From contig JAKUOQ010000004.1 in the NCBI GenBank assembly GCA_022450865.1, forward strand, positions 1-58,592: a stretch of 58,592 nt of DNA, read 5' to 3'. Source of the DNA: Nitrospinales bacterium. GTDB taxonomy: Bacteria > Nitrospinota > Nitrospinia > Nitrospinales > VA-1. The translations under genes and the position numbers were made by a program. Each line of letters begins with the position of its first letter. Position 1 is the stretch's first letter. Shown piece after piece: positions 50,299 through 58,592 of this stretch. The notes below the pieces were generated by a model. The model was not told the origin of the DNA, did no database searches, and saw only the letters and a list, made by a program, of their open reading frames with translations.

Positions 50299-50643
50299 AT
50301 GACAGATTCCTCGCGAAGGTTCAAACATGCAGGATATGGATTCCTCTTGCTGAATCTGATTTATCTGGCTTTAGCTATCTTTTTTATTCCCCCTTTTAAT
50401 ATTGGTTTGACAACCTTACTCTCACTTTTGGCGTTTGTCCTGCTATTGGGGGTTCTCACATATTATCTTTTGCAAGAGAAAAAGTTGCTGGCACAATTTC
50501 TTGCGTTTATCTATGGAGCCCGTTCTGTATTTACTGCATACTCCTTTTTTGCTGGAGACACCTTTCAGGCTGTACCATATTTTTTGCCTTGTCTTTTCAT
50601 CACGTTTTATCTTCTCGGACGCGCAGCTTGGAATTGGCCCTGA
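50299..50643 (+). CDS. Hypothetical four-TM membrane protein
   Basis: Four hydrophobic segments; TGATG overlap with the next gene; start 50299 or 50254. Confidence 0.7.
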   Translation: MTDSSRRFKHAGYGFLLLNLIYLALAIFFIPPFNIGLTTLLSLLAFVLLLGVLTYYLLQEKKLLAQFLAFIYGARSVFTAYSFFAGDTFQAVPYFLPCLFITFYLLGRAAWNWP

Positions 50644-51755
50644 TGAATAACTCTTCTTCTATATTTACTAGATCGCAACCCCGATTGCCCTTGGTTACTG
50701 AATCAGGAAAAAAGTATTCTGGGCTGGAAAATTCTAAATCGCCTGAGCTATGCCAGCGAGTCACTATTTTTTTTGATTACCTAAATGAACAGATAGGATT
50801 TCCAAAAACAGATTTGGGTCTAGAAAATCAGGTTTTTTTTAATTTGTTATTACAATCTGCATACCCAGAAATAATGATCGATCTCGCAGATCTTATTTAT
50901 GTTCAACATGAACGACCTGCTGTTTATTTAAATTTTGATCATATTCATATGAATCTTAAAAAAGACCGGGTGGTTCTTACGGAATCAATGGATCAGATCA
51001 ATAAAAAATTTGCAGTCCTTTTCCAGGAATTGGTAAATACTATCAAAGATAGCCCAATCTTATTCAGCGATACCCGAATGATTCGGTTGTTGAGTGAGAG
51101 TTATAGTATTTATCTTTTCCAGACAGAAAATTTTCCATGGGATAATCCTATGGAAATGATTCCCACCGATTTAAAAAACTCAATCATGGATGTTGCAACA
51201 GGTCTCGCCGGTTTCCGTTTAATTCATGACTGGCCCGAGAATTACCCAAAATTGATTCTTACGGACAATTTACCCTTTATCATTATGGGGTTGACTCACT
51301 ACGTGAAACTTTCTGGGAAAACCAATATAGAGATTTTAAATATAGATTTTCCAGATGGACCTCTTGGAAAACGTTGCGGTTGTATTCTTGCAAATAAATT
51401 TTTACACCATTTGCAAAGAAGTGAACGGAAAAAATTTTTACAATGGGCAATTGAGGCTTTGGATACTGATGGAATGTTATTAATTCTCGATACTGATCTG
51501 GAATATCAGATCTTACGGCGTGCGCAAAACCAGGAATACTGCGAAAAACTCATAGATGGATATAAGGAAACCCTTGTTGAAATTGAAGAGAATTTTTGCG
51601 AAACCTTAATCCAAGATGTGAGACACGTTGGTTTCGATGTCTCACATTTTGACTTCCACGAATATGAAGATGAAACTGATGCCTACAGTCAGCGCCCCGG
51701 CGAAAACTTATCCATAAAATTCATAGGTCTTGAGATTATGGCCAATAAAGTTTGA
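50643..51755 (+). CDS. Hypothetical protein with class I SAM-methyltransferase-like C-terminal domain
   Basis: IMDVATGLAG (motif I-like), LILTD, ILANKFLHH, LDTDGMLLILD. Confidence 0.6.
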   Translation: MNNSSSIFTRSQPRLPLVTESGKKYSGLENSKSPELCQRVTIFFDYLNEQIGFPKTDLGLENQVFFNLLLQSAYPEIMIDLADLIYVQHERPAVYLNFDHIHMNLKKDRVVLTESMDQINKKFAVLFQELVNTIKDSPILFSDTRMIRLLSESYSIYLFQTENFPWDNPMEMIPTDLKNSIMDVATGLAGFRLIHDWPENYPKLILTDNLPFIIMGLTHYVKLSGKTNIEILNIDFPDGPLGKRCGCILANKFLHHLQRSERKKFLQWAIEALDTDGMLLILDTDLEYQILRRAQNQEYCEKLIDGYKETLVEIEENFCETLIQDVRHVGFDVSHFDFHEYEDETDAYSQRPGENLSIKFIGLEIMANKV

Positions 51756-51819
51756 GAGAATGACGAACCGCAGCAAGTGAGGGATGATTGTTTTACAGTA
51801 AAGGAGAATCAGCCAAGGT

Positions 51820-52182
51820 TCACTTCAGGTGTTTTTTGAGGGATTTCCACTCTTCCTGTGTGGACTGACTGGCTTTTTTTTCCATATCTCGATAAATTTC
51901 TATTACTTTTTTTCCTAATGGTGTAAGTGCTGCCCCCCCGCCTCCTTTTCCTCCAGTCACGCTTTCTACTAAAGGTTTTTTGAAGCATTGGTTCATAGCG
52001 TCTACCATGTCCCAGGCACGCCGATAACTGATATGACCTTGTCTTGCAGCCTCCGATATGGATCCTGCCTTATCGATGGATTCCAATAAATCTACTTTGC
52101 CCGGACCCAAGGCAATCAAATCATCTGACATGATCCGAAAACGGGAACGACAACGAATGTTTCTGGTTTTGGGTCTCGGCAA
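51820..52182 (-). CDS. Stand-alone ModE-type winged-helix regulator
   Basis: LGPGKVDLL, GSISEAAR..ISYRRAW, GGKGGGGAALT; no TOBE/molbindin domain. Confidence 0.85.
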   Translation of the reverse strand: MPRPKTRNIRCRSRFRIMSDDLIALGPGKVDLLESIDKAGSISEAARQGHISYRRAWDMVDAMNQCFKKPLVESVTGGKGGGGAALTPLGKKVIEIYRDMEKKASQSTQEEWKSLKKHLK

Positions 52183-52497
52183 AATTTGATCCTTTTACTA
52201 TTTTTCCAGAGCTGAAGAATTTTGAATTTTAACCTGTTTTCTGGGCATTGTTATTGCCATTTACAGCTTAAATAGGCAGTTTCTTTTATCATAACATTGA
52301 TTTTAGGCTTGTTTTCGTACATAATATAGAAAAAATACATTGAATCCCTTCTTCTTATGGCGTTTTGATATGGGGATTCTGCTAGAGATATTGGTTGAAG
52401 ATGACGAGAAAGTCAGCTTTAATTTTTTGGGTTTAGTTGACTAATAGTTTTTTAACAGTGTTTATTTATTGTTCCATTTTTTTCAAATGAGGAGTTT

Positions 52498-52944
52498 ATG
52501 AAGATTATTTCTAAAGTAGTAGCCTTGATGGCAGTTTTTGCATTTGTAGGATGTGCGGGTCAAGCTGGCGGCGGATCAACCGCTGGTAAAGTATCTAATA
52601 AACCCATCACCATTACTACACCGGCAACTCTGAGTAATGTAAGTAGTCCGTTGAAAGTTTGCATGGCAACAAAGGGTTATACGGTTGAGCCTGCCAAAAA
52701 GGGTGTTAATCCGGGTAAAGGACATCATCATTTATTGATTGATGTGCCTATCCCTGCAGATTTAAGTAAGCGTATAGGCAAAGATTCAAATCATGTTCAT
52801 ATGGGCGATGGTTCTAAATGTAAAACATTGAACTTAGCTAAAGGACAGCACACAATCACCGCTGTTTTTGCCCAAGGCAACCATGTTCCGTACAATCCTC
52901 CGGTAACGGATGGTGTGACTGTAACCGTTACGCATGTAAAATAA
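52498..52944 (+). CDS. DUF4399-like His-rich lipoprotein
   Basis: GAGGAG SD, FVG-C lipobox, GHHHLLID, NHVHMGDG, GQHTIT, GNHVPY. Confidence 0.85.
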   Translation: MKIISKVVALMAVFAFVGCAGQAGGGSTAGKVSNKPITITTPATLSNVSSPLKVCMATKGYTVEPAKKGVNPGKGHHHLLIDVPIPADLSKRIGKDSNHVHMGDGSKCKTLNLAKGQHTITAVFAQGNHVPYNPPVTDGVTVTVTHVK

Positions 52945-52976
52945 TTTTTACGGGAATAGTTATACTGAAACAATTT

Positions 52977-53012
52977 AATTCCACCCCCGGTTTCGGGGGT
53001 GGAATTTTTTTT
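52977..53012 (+). terminator. Intrinsic terminator
   Basis: AATTCCACCCCCG-GTTT-CGGGGGTGGAATT followed by a T run. Confidence 0.9.
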
Positions 53013-53032
53013 GACCTCTACTCAAATATTTC

Positions 53033-53968
53033 ATGACAAATTTACCCAAAGCTTCGGGCCCGGTTTTTTCTAAAAATCACCTGATTAACCTCTATTACAT
53101 AAACGAGTTATACCAAAATATTGCTATAGAGGTTTCCAGCCGCCTAAAAGAAATCTATGGGCTTGATCTTTCCTTTACATCGGGGATCTGGGGAGGGACT
53201 TATTTAATCGCCAAGCCCAATGGGTTATCGCGTCGCCGAATATGGAGACTCTACTCTATAGTTAACTTGCCGCAGGACAGTTCCTTGGATAAACAAGAGA
53301 ATATGGAAAAGCTGGTTGCTATTTATACTGACGTTTATAAAGAGGCTTTTGCTCCATACCAAATTGCACTTGACTTGAAAATGTGGGGTGGCACATTACC
53401 CCATAGCAATAAGTCAAAACCCAGTCTGACCATGCATATGGAGGATGCAACGGAAAGAGTTCGATGGTTAAGAACATTTTTTGTGTGGAACAAGGTTCCG
53501 TGGGAAGAATCGATAATCAGCGATACGGTAAGAATTATTAAGGAATACAAACCCTTTTTTGATTTAACAAAAGGACCTGTAAAGAAAGACCCAAAGGATA
53601 TTAAATATCTTTTGCAAGACATTATTATCATTTATCGTACTATTGAAAATGCCTGTAGTAAAGATTTTCGAGAACACGCGTCGCCTATTATTGAGAGCAT
53701 GATGCAAGCATTTATGGAAGGTCTCCATGATCCTGAAAAAATAAACGAGCATTACCAGATGGTTTTTAATAATGCCCTGATTTATGGTTTTGAGGAGAGC
53801 TTAGGAGGGCCATTTAAAAAACAAGGTCTCGACATTAAGGCTATCGAAACTTGGCCAGTAGAAAAAATTAATTGGATTCCAGAGGAGTTAAAAGAAAAAC
53901 TCATCCCGCCTATTCAAAATATTTTTAAGGGATTTAGAAAAGAATTGAAAGCAGTTAGTGATTCCTAA
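53033..53968 (+). CDS. Hypothetical cytoplasmic protein
   Basis: 311-aa ORF with protein-like composition; no family recognised. Confidence 0.7.
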   Translation: MTNLPKASGPVFSKNHLINLYYINELYQNIAIEVSSRLKEIYGLDLSFTSGIWGGTYLIAKPNGLSRRRIWRLYSIVNLPQDSSLDKQENMEKLVAIYTDVYKEAFAPYQIALDLKMWGGTLPHSNKSKPSLTMHMEDATERVRWLRTFFVWNKVPWEESIISDTVRIIKEYKPFFDLTKGPVKKDPKDIKYLLQDIIIIYRTIENACSKDFREHASPIIESMMQAFMEGLHDPEKINEHYQMVFNNALIYGFEESLGGPFKKQGLDIKAIETWPVEKINWIPEELKEKLIPPIQNIFKGFRKELKAVSDS

Positions 53969-53970
53969 AA

Positions 53971-54672
53971 TTAATCTTGACTCGACAATGCAGAAACAAA
54001 ATCTGTAAGGCTGGGGAAAACTATTTCTGCACCATTGAAATCAATATTTCTGTTCAAGTCGTTTTTTATAATAATACAAGGCATGCCTGCATCGTTTGCC
54101 GCATTTAATCCTTTCAAAGCATCTTCCAAAACAAAACATTCTGCGGGTGAATGACCCAGTTTTTCTGCAGCATTCAGAAAAATATCGGGAAAAGGTTTTT
54201 CGCGTTTAGCGGATTCTTTTCCGAGTATGACGGGAATTAAGTCCAGTGCATCAGCATTTCGCAAAATGTGTCTAATATCTGTTGCCCAGGAACCGGAAGC
54301 AATTGCCAATCTGAGACTCGAAGATAACTGTTCAATCAGACGAATAGCTTCTGGAAATAGTTTGATTTCACCACTTTGACAAAATCGGGTGTAGACTTCA
54401 AACTTTTGTTTACGCATATCTATCGGGTCGACATCCAGCTTTAAGTTGTGGCGTTCGATTTCCCCTACAATCCCTTTACCTTTGGAGGTCCATTCTATCC
54501 AATATTCTGCTTTATTTAGAGTGTGACCATACCTTTCAAACACCTCGTTATAAGCTTTGTAATGATAGGGTTCTGAATCTGCGAGCAATCCATCGAAATC
54601 CAGTATCGTTGCTTTGGATTTTTTTAGAAGGTTATGAAGTTTTGATTTACGTTCGAAGAACAAGGAGTCCAT
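53971..54672 (-). CDS. HAD-IA family phosphatase (beta-PGM/CbbY-like)
   Basis: DFDGLLADSE, ASGS, KPFPD, EDA..G. Confidence 0.88.
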   Translation of the reverse strand: MDSLFFERKSKLHNLLKKSKATILDFDGLLADSEPYHYKAYNEVFERYGHTLNKAEYWIEWTSKGKGIVGEIERHNLKLDVDPIDMRKQKFEVYTRFCQSGEIKLFPEAIRLIEQLSSSLRLAIASGSWATDIRHILRNADALDLIPVILGKESAKREKPFPDIFLNAAEKLGHSPAECFVLEDALKGLNAANDAGMPCIIIKNDLNRNIDFNGAEIVFPSLTDFVSALSSQD

Positions 54673-54685
54673 CTGTAGTGATACT

Positions 54686-55357
54686 TTATTCTAGTATTTT
54701 TCCAAAGCGGTCAAAGCGTACCCAGCTTTCCAACTGGTTCCAGGACCAGTAGATCATCAAAGCTTTTCCGCGTACCTTATTTATATTGAGAAAACCCCAA
54801 TAGCGACTGTCCTGACTGTTCTCTCGGTTATCCCCCATCATGAATAAATGGTTATCGGGAACTAGTATTGGACCAAAATCATCTCGTGGCACCAGAGAGC
54901 TATCAGAGGGTGATTCGGTATGTCTTGCGTGACGGTCTTCATAGAGTTTACCATTGATAAAAACTTTTTGGTGACGCACTTCCAGTAGATCACCCGGAAT
55001 GCCAATCACTCTCTTAATAAAATCACGCTTCTCGTCTTTAGGATATTTAAAGACGATGATATCGCCGCGCTCAGGTTGTTTGGGAAAAAAGATTATGTCA
55101 TCAAATAATTTAATGTTTAGAAATGGAATTTCATTTGGGATATGCGTCCCGTAGGCAAATTTTGAGACAAGAATGTGGTCGCCTATAAGAAGAGTCTCCT
55201 CCATCGAACCGGAGGGAATTTTAAAAGCCTGAACAAAAAACGTGCGAATAAAAAGGGCAAGAAGAAGGGCAATAAAGATTGCTTCGGTATACTCTCGCGC
55301 AACGCTTTTTCTTTTTACCGTTTGGTTTTCTGTGTTTTCTGATGTGTTATTTGTCAT
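54686..55357 (-). CDS. lepB: Signal peptidase I
   Basis: [24 protein letters not shown]. Confidence 0.96.
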   Translation of the reverse strand: MTNNTSENTENQTVKRKSVAREYTEAIFIALLLALFIRTFFVQAFKIPSGSMEETLLIGDHILVSKFAYGTHIPNEIPFLNIKLFDDIIFFPKQPERGDIIVFKYPKDEKRDFIKRVIGIPGDLLEVRHQKVFINGKLYEDRHARHTESPSDSSLVPRDDFGPILVPDNHLFMMGDNRENSQDSRYWGFLNINKVRGKALMIYWSWNQLESWVRFDRFGKILE

Positions 55358-57149
55358 CTGTCCTCAACACAGCCAGAAAAGCTTCTTGGGGGATTTCCAC
55401 ACTTCCAATCTGTTTCATTTTTTTCTTTCCTTCTTTTTGTTTTTCAAGCAATTTGCGTTTGCGGGTAATATCCCCTCCGTAACATTTTGCCAGAACATTT
55501 TTTCGTAACGCCTTTACGGTTTCACGGGAAATGACCTTACTACCAATCGCAGCTTGGATGGCGACCTCAAACATTTGCCGGGGAATTTGCTGTTTGAGCT
55601 TTTTAGCTAAATCGCGACCTTGGTAATACACCTTATCTTTATGTGCTATTAAAGACAAAGCATCCACCAGTTCCCCGTTCAAGAGGATGTCCAACTTTAC
55701 CAGACTGGATGTCCTGAAATCTATAAATTCGTAATCAAAGGAGGCGTAACCTTTGGTAGAAGATTTTAGTTTGTCATAAAAGTCCAGCACGATTTCATTG
55801 AAGGGTAATTCGTATTCCAACAGGATGGTTTCTGGGTTAAGGTATTCCATTTTTTTCTGAATGCCGCGTCGGTCCCTCACCAGAGCCATTATAACGCCAA
55901 TATATTTCTCCGGTACAATAATGGTCCCCATAACATAGGGCTCTTCCAGGTGGTCAATGTTCTTCTGTTCTTTTAATTTGGTTGGGTTGTCGATCATTAT
56001 GGTTTTGCCATCGGTGGTAATCACCTTATAAATAACCGTAGGTGCGGTAGTGAGGAGATCGACTTTATATTCTCTCTCAATACGTTCTCGAATGATTTCC
56101 ATATGTAATAATCCGAGGAACCCGCAACGAAAACCAAACCCCAGCGCAGTTGATGTTTCTGCTTCATAAGAGAATGAAGCATCGTTCAGAGTTAATTTTT
56201 TAAGAGAGTCGCGCAGGTCTTCATAGTCATCGCCACTAATGGGATAGAGGCCACTGAACACCATAGGTTTTACTTCTTTATAACCAGGTAAAGGTTTTTC
56301 AGCAGGAGATTTAGCATGTGTGATTGTATCACCAACTTTAGTTTGATCCAGTTGTTTGATTCCCGCTATCAAGTAACCCACCTCCCCGGCTTGCAAGGTA
56401 GCTTTGGGTTCCTGTTTAGGGTTAAAGGTGCCGAGTTCTTCCACTACAAATTTATTATCTGTGGCCATCATGGTTATTTCATCGCCCACCTTGAGTATTC
56501 CATGTTGAACTTTAATTAGGATAATGACACCGCGAAAAGAATCGTACCAGGCATCGAATAGTAAGGCTTGCAGTGTTCCATGTTCATTACCTTCGGGGGA
56601 TGGAATTAAATTTGTTATCGATTCCATCAACTCATCGATACCTATTCCTTCTTTAGCGCTTACCAGAACAGCATTATCTGACTCGATCTGCAATACGTCT
56701 TCTAGTTGTTCTTTAATAAAATCTGGGTTTGCGCTGGGGAGGTCAATTTTATTGATGACGGGAACCACAGCCAGGTCATGCTGCATAGCTAAATTTAGAT
56801 TAGCAATTGTTTGTGCCTGAATACCTTGTGTTGCATCAATGACCAGCAATACACCTTCACACGCAGCAAGACTGCGTGATACTTCGTATGTGAAATCTAC
56901 ATGCCCTGGCGTGTCAATCATATTGAATACAAAGTTACCTTCCTCCTTGGAGGAATGCTTTAAGCAAACCGTTTGCGCTTTAATGGTAATCCCACGTTCA
57001 CGTTCGAGATCCATATTATCCAAAACCTGATCTTTCATTTCTCGCTGGGAAAGCGCAGAAGTAGCAAGAATCAATTTGTCTGCCAGCGTAGATTTACCAT
57101 GATCAATATGGGCAATGATGGAAAAATTTCTTAATTTATTTTGTTCCAT
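55347..57149 (-). CDS. lepA: Elongation factor 4
   Basis: [31 protein letters not shown]. Confidence 0.98.
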   Translation of the reverse strand: MEQNKLRNFSIIAHIDHGKSTLADKLILATSALSQREMKDQVLDNMDLERERGITIKAQTVCLKHSSKEEGNFVFNMIDTPGHVDFTYEVSRSLAACEGVLLVIDATQGIQAQTIANLNLAMQHDLAVVPVINKIDLPSANPDFIKEQLEDVLQIESDNAVLVSAKEGIGIDELMESITNLIPSPEGNEHGTLQALLFDAWYDSFRGVIILIKVQHGILKVGDEITMMATDNKFVVEELGTFNPKQEPKATLQAGEVGYLIAGIKQLDQTKVGDTITHAKSPAEKPLPGYKEVKPMVFSGLYPISGDDYEDLRDSLKKLTLNDASFSYEAETSTALGFGFRCGFLGLLHMEIIRERIEREYKVDLLTTAPTVIYKVITTDGKTIMIDNPTKLKEQKNIDHLEEPYVMGTIIVPEKYIGVIMALVRDRRGIQKKMEYLNPETILLEYELPFNEIVLDFYDKLKSSTKGYASFDYEFIDFRTSSLVKLDILLNGELVDALSLIAHKDKVYYQGRDLAKKLKQQIPRQMFEVAIQAAIGSKVISRETVKALRKNVLAKCYGGDITRKRKLLEKQKEGKKKMKQIGSVEIPQEAFLAVLRTDDK

Positions 57150-57255
57150 AGTTTTTTAAAAATTTGCAAAACTTAAAAAATCAGTTAAAGCTTCCGGGAA
57201 AATTAGACAGGAGATGTTGTAATCCTGGAGGTATTTAAGTAATAAATACTTCTTA

Positions 57256-58275
57256 TTAGTTCATGGAAGAAGTGCGTGCCACTTTACGGGAAGGGAAAAA
57301 TGTCTCGCTGTATTTTTCAACTTTGGTAAGGGGTGTCGTCCTTAAAAATTTCTGCCATTCATCAAATTGGATTTTCATTGCCTCATAATCTTTTGCATTA
57401 TCAATATCTAGGGCGGCTCCTGGAAAAGGTACTTCAAGAGTCGAAAATCGAGTATTCATTATAGTGGATATTGTTTCTTCCAATTCCTTTTTAGGGTTCA
57501 GCTTCCTAAAATAATTTACCACGAACTCAAGACCTAGTCCGCCAAAAAACAAACATAGTTGCAGTCCAATATAATTTTTATAATGCTTTGCCTTATCTTT
57601 TCCAAATACGGACAAACTAAATAACACCAGATTTTTGAAGTTTCTCTGATAACGATACTGGTACATTTTTTGGATATATTCCCGATTCTCAATGCGCAGA
57701 GGCTTGACTAGGTGCAAGTTATTAATGCGGAAACTATCTTCATTGATGTGTAAGTAGGCCATTTTGATTCCGGGTTTGCCTTCCTGGGGATAAAAATGTC
57801 GTAGTTTTTCTCGCGATACCAGCCCTAGAACATGATCGTAACGATTCATATCCGCATTGGAAATAAAATATTCAACTTCATGCGGAGTAATCAGTGGAGC
57901 ATCACAAGGCACAACAAGGACGGCTTTATCACGGTGTGAGTCCTTATTTACATCCTCTACCTGTTGAGATTGTAAAAATGTCTGCCAGACGTTTTCATAC
58001 AAATTGGCTTTTTGTTCGACAACATGAATGCGTTTTGGAAATTCACGGTCAATTCGGCTCGAATGCAGAACCTGATCCAGCTTGTCTTTCAATCCAACAA
58101 TATAGATATCCCCAATCGATTTAACCTGTTGCAAGGCTTGAATTACATAAAGAATGACGCATTTTCCCTGTAGGGTCAGAAATGCCTTGTTCTGGCGATA
58201 AACTTTATAGCTGGACTTTCCTTCGCCCGCTACCAGAATCACATCATATTTTTTATGTCCGATTGATGAACCCAT
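57256..58275 (-). CDS. MobA-like NTP-transferase domain protein
   Basis: ILVAGEG..NKAF, PCDAP, DID motif near the C-terminus. Confidence 0.7.
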   Translation of the reverse strand: MGSSIGHKKYDVILVAGEGKSSYKVYRQNKAFLTLQGKCVILYVIQALQQVKSIGDIYIVGLKDKLDQVLHSSRIDREFPKRIHVVEQKANLYENVWQTFLQSQQVEDVNKDSHRDKAVLVVPCDAPLITPHEVEYFISNADMNRYDHVLGLVSREKLRHFYPQEGKPGIKMAYLHINEDSFRINNLHLVKPLRIENREYIQKMYQYRYQRNFKNLVLFSLSVFGKDKAKHYKNYIGLQLCLFFGGLGLEFVVNYFRKLNPKKELEETISTIMNTRFSTLEVPFPGAALDIDNAKDYEAMKIQFDEWQKFLRTTPLTKVEKYSETFFPSRKVARTSSMN

Positions 58276-58393
58276 AACTCTAGTTTACCACTTCCTTTTC
58301 CTTTTTTACTATTTGTAATTTCTTGCACGTTTCCGGTAAATTGGTTATACACATGATTCGTTTTTTATTAATTAAAACACCAAATGTCTTCCT

Positions 58394-58592
58394 ATGGCAA
58401 ATGATTCAAATCTAAAAACCACTCCTCTTCACTCAATGCATAAGGAACTTGGGGGCAAGCTGGTTCCTTTTGCTGGCTGGCATATGCCTATTCAATTTAA
58501 AGGAGTGATTCAAGAGCATCAATGCGTTCGGCATAGCGTCGGTATTTTTGATGTTAGCCATATGGGCGAAATTGAAATCGCCGGTCCTGAAG
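58394..58592 (+). CDS. gcvT: Glycine cleavage system aminomethyltransferase, partial (runs off window)
   Basis: [33 protein letters not shown]. Confidence 0.93.
   Translation, partial: MANDSNLKTTPLHSMHKELGGKLVPFAGWHMPIQFKGVIQEHQCVRHSVGIFDVSHMGEIEIAGPE

Noticed and set aside
47-58124. Numerous 60-200 aa ORFs antisense to or nested in well-supported genes (e.g. 6359-6865, 7969-8358, 41136-41744)
   Set aside because: Shadow frames of conserved genes with no motifs or independent expression signals
58276-58393. Glycine riboswitch upstream of gcvT
   Set aside because: Short AT-rich gap without GGAGA/CCGAAG/CUCUCAGG elements

Overview
AT-rich, gene-dense bacterial chromosomal segment with no recognisable mobile element, prophage, CRISPR array or rRNA. 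Housekeeping content: ADP-heptose genes (hldD, hldE, gmhA), fmt/def, argCJ, rplM-rpsI, apt, mnmG, trhP, lgt, hemB, tRNA-Asn(GTT), ffs-dnaX-ybaB-recR, rhlE, rmuC, engB, tyrS, lepA-lepB and a partial gcvT. Hopanoid genes (shc, hpnH), many lipoproteins and c-type cytochromes suggest a diderm chemolithotroph, possibly Nitrospinota-like; this is inference only. Most notable: (1) a tightly coupled four-gene periplasmic cytochrome c operon with about 25 heme sites, built on two paralogous large multiheme proteins (one with a CX4CH site, the other missing two sites), with no porin or quinol-oxidising partner, downstream of a secreted NHL-propeller plus NTF2-like pair that has a consensus promoter; (2) an A9 slippage site in dnaX placed to yield a gamma subunit, plus a second A10G site; (3) an unexplained structured element just 5' of the SRP RNA; (4) a stand-alone protein made of three PCP_red-like repeats; (5) three small membrane-protein ORFs missed by the ORF track.
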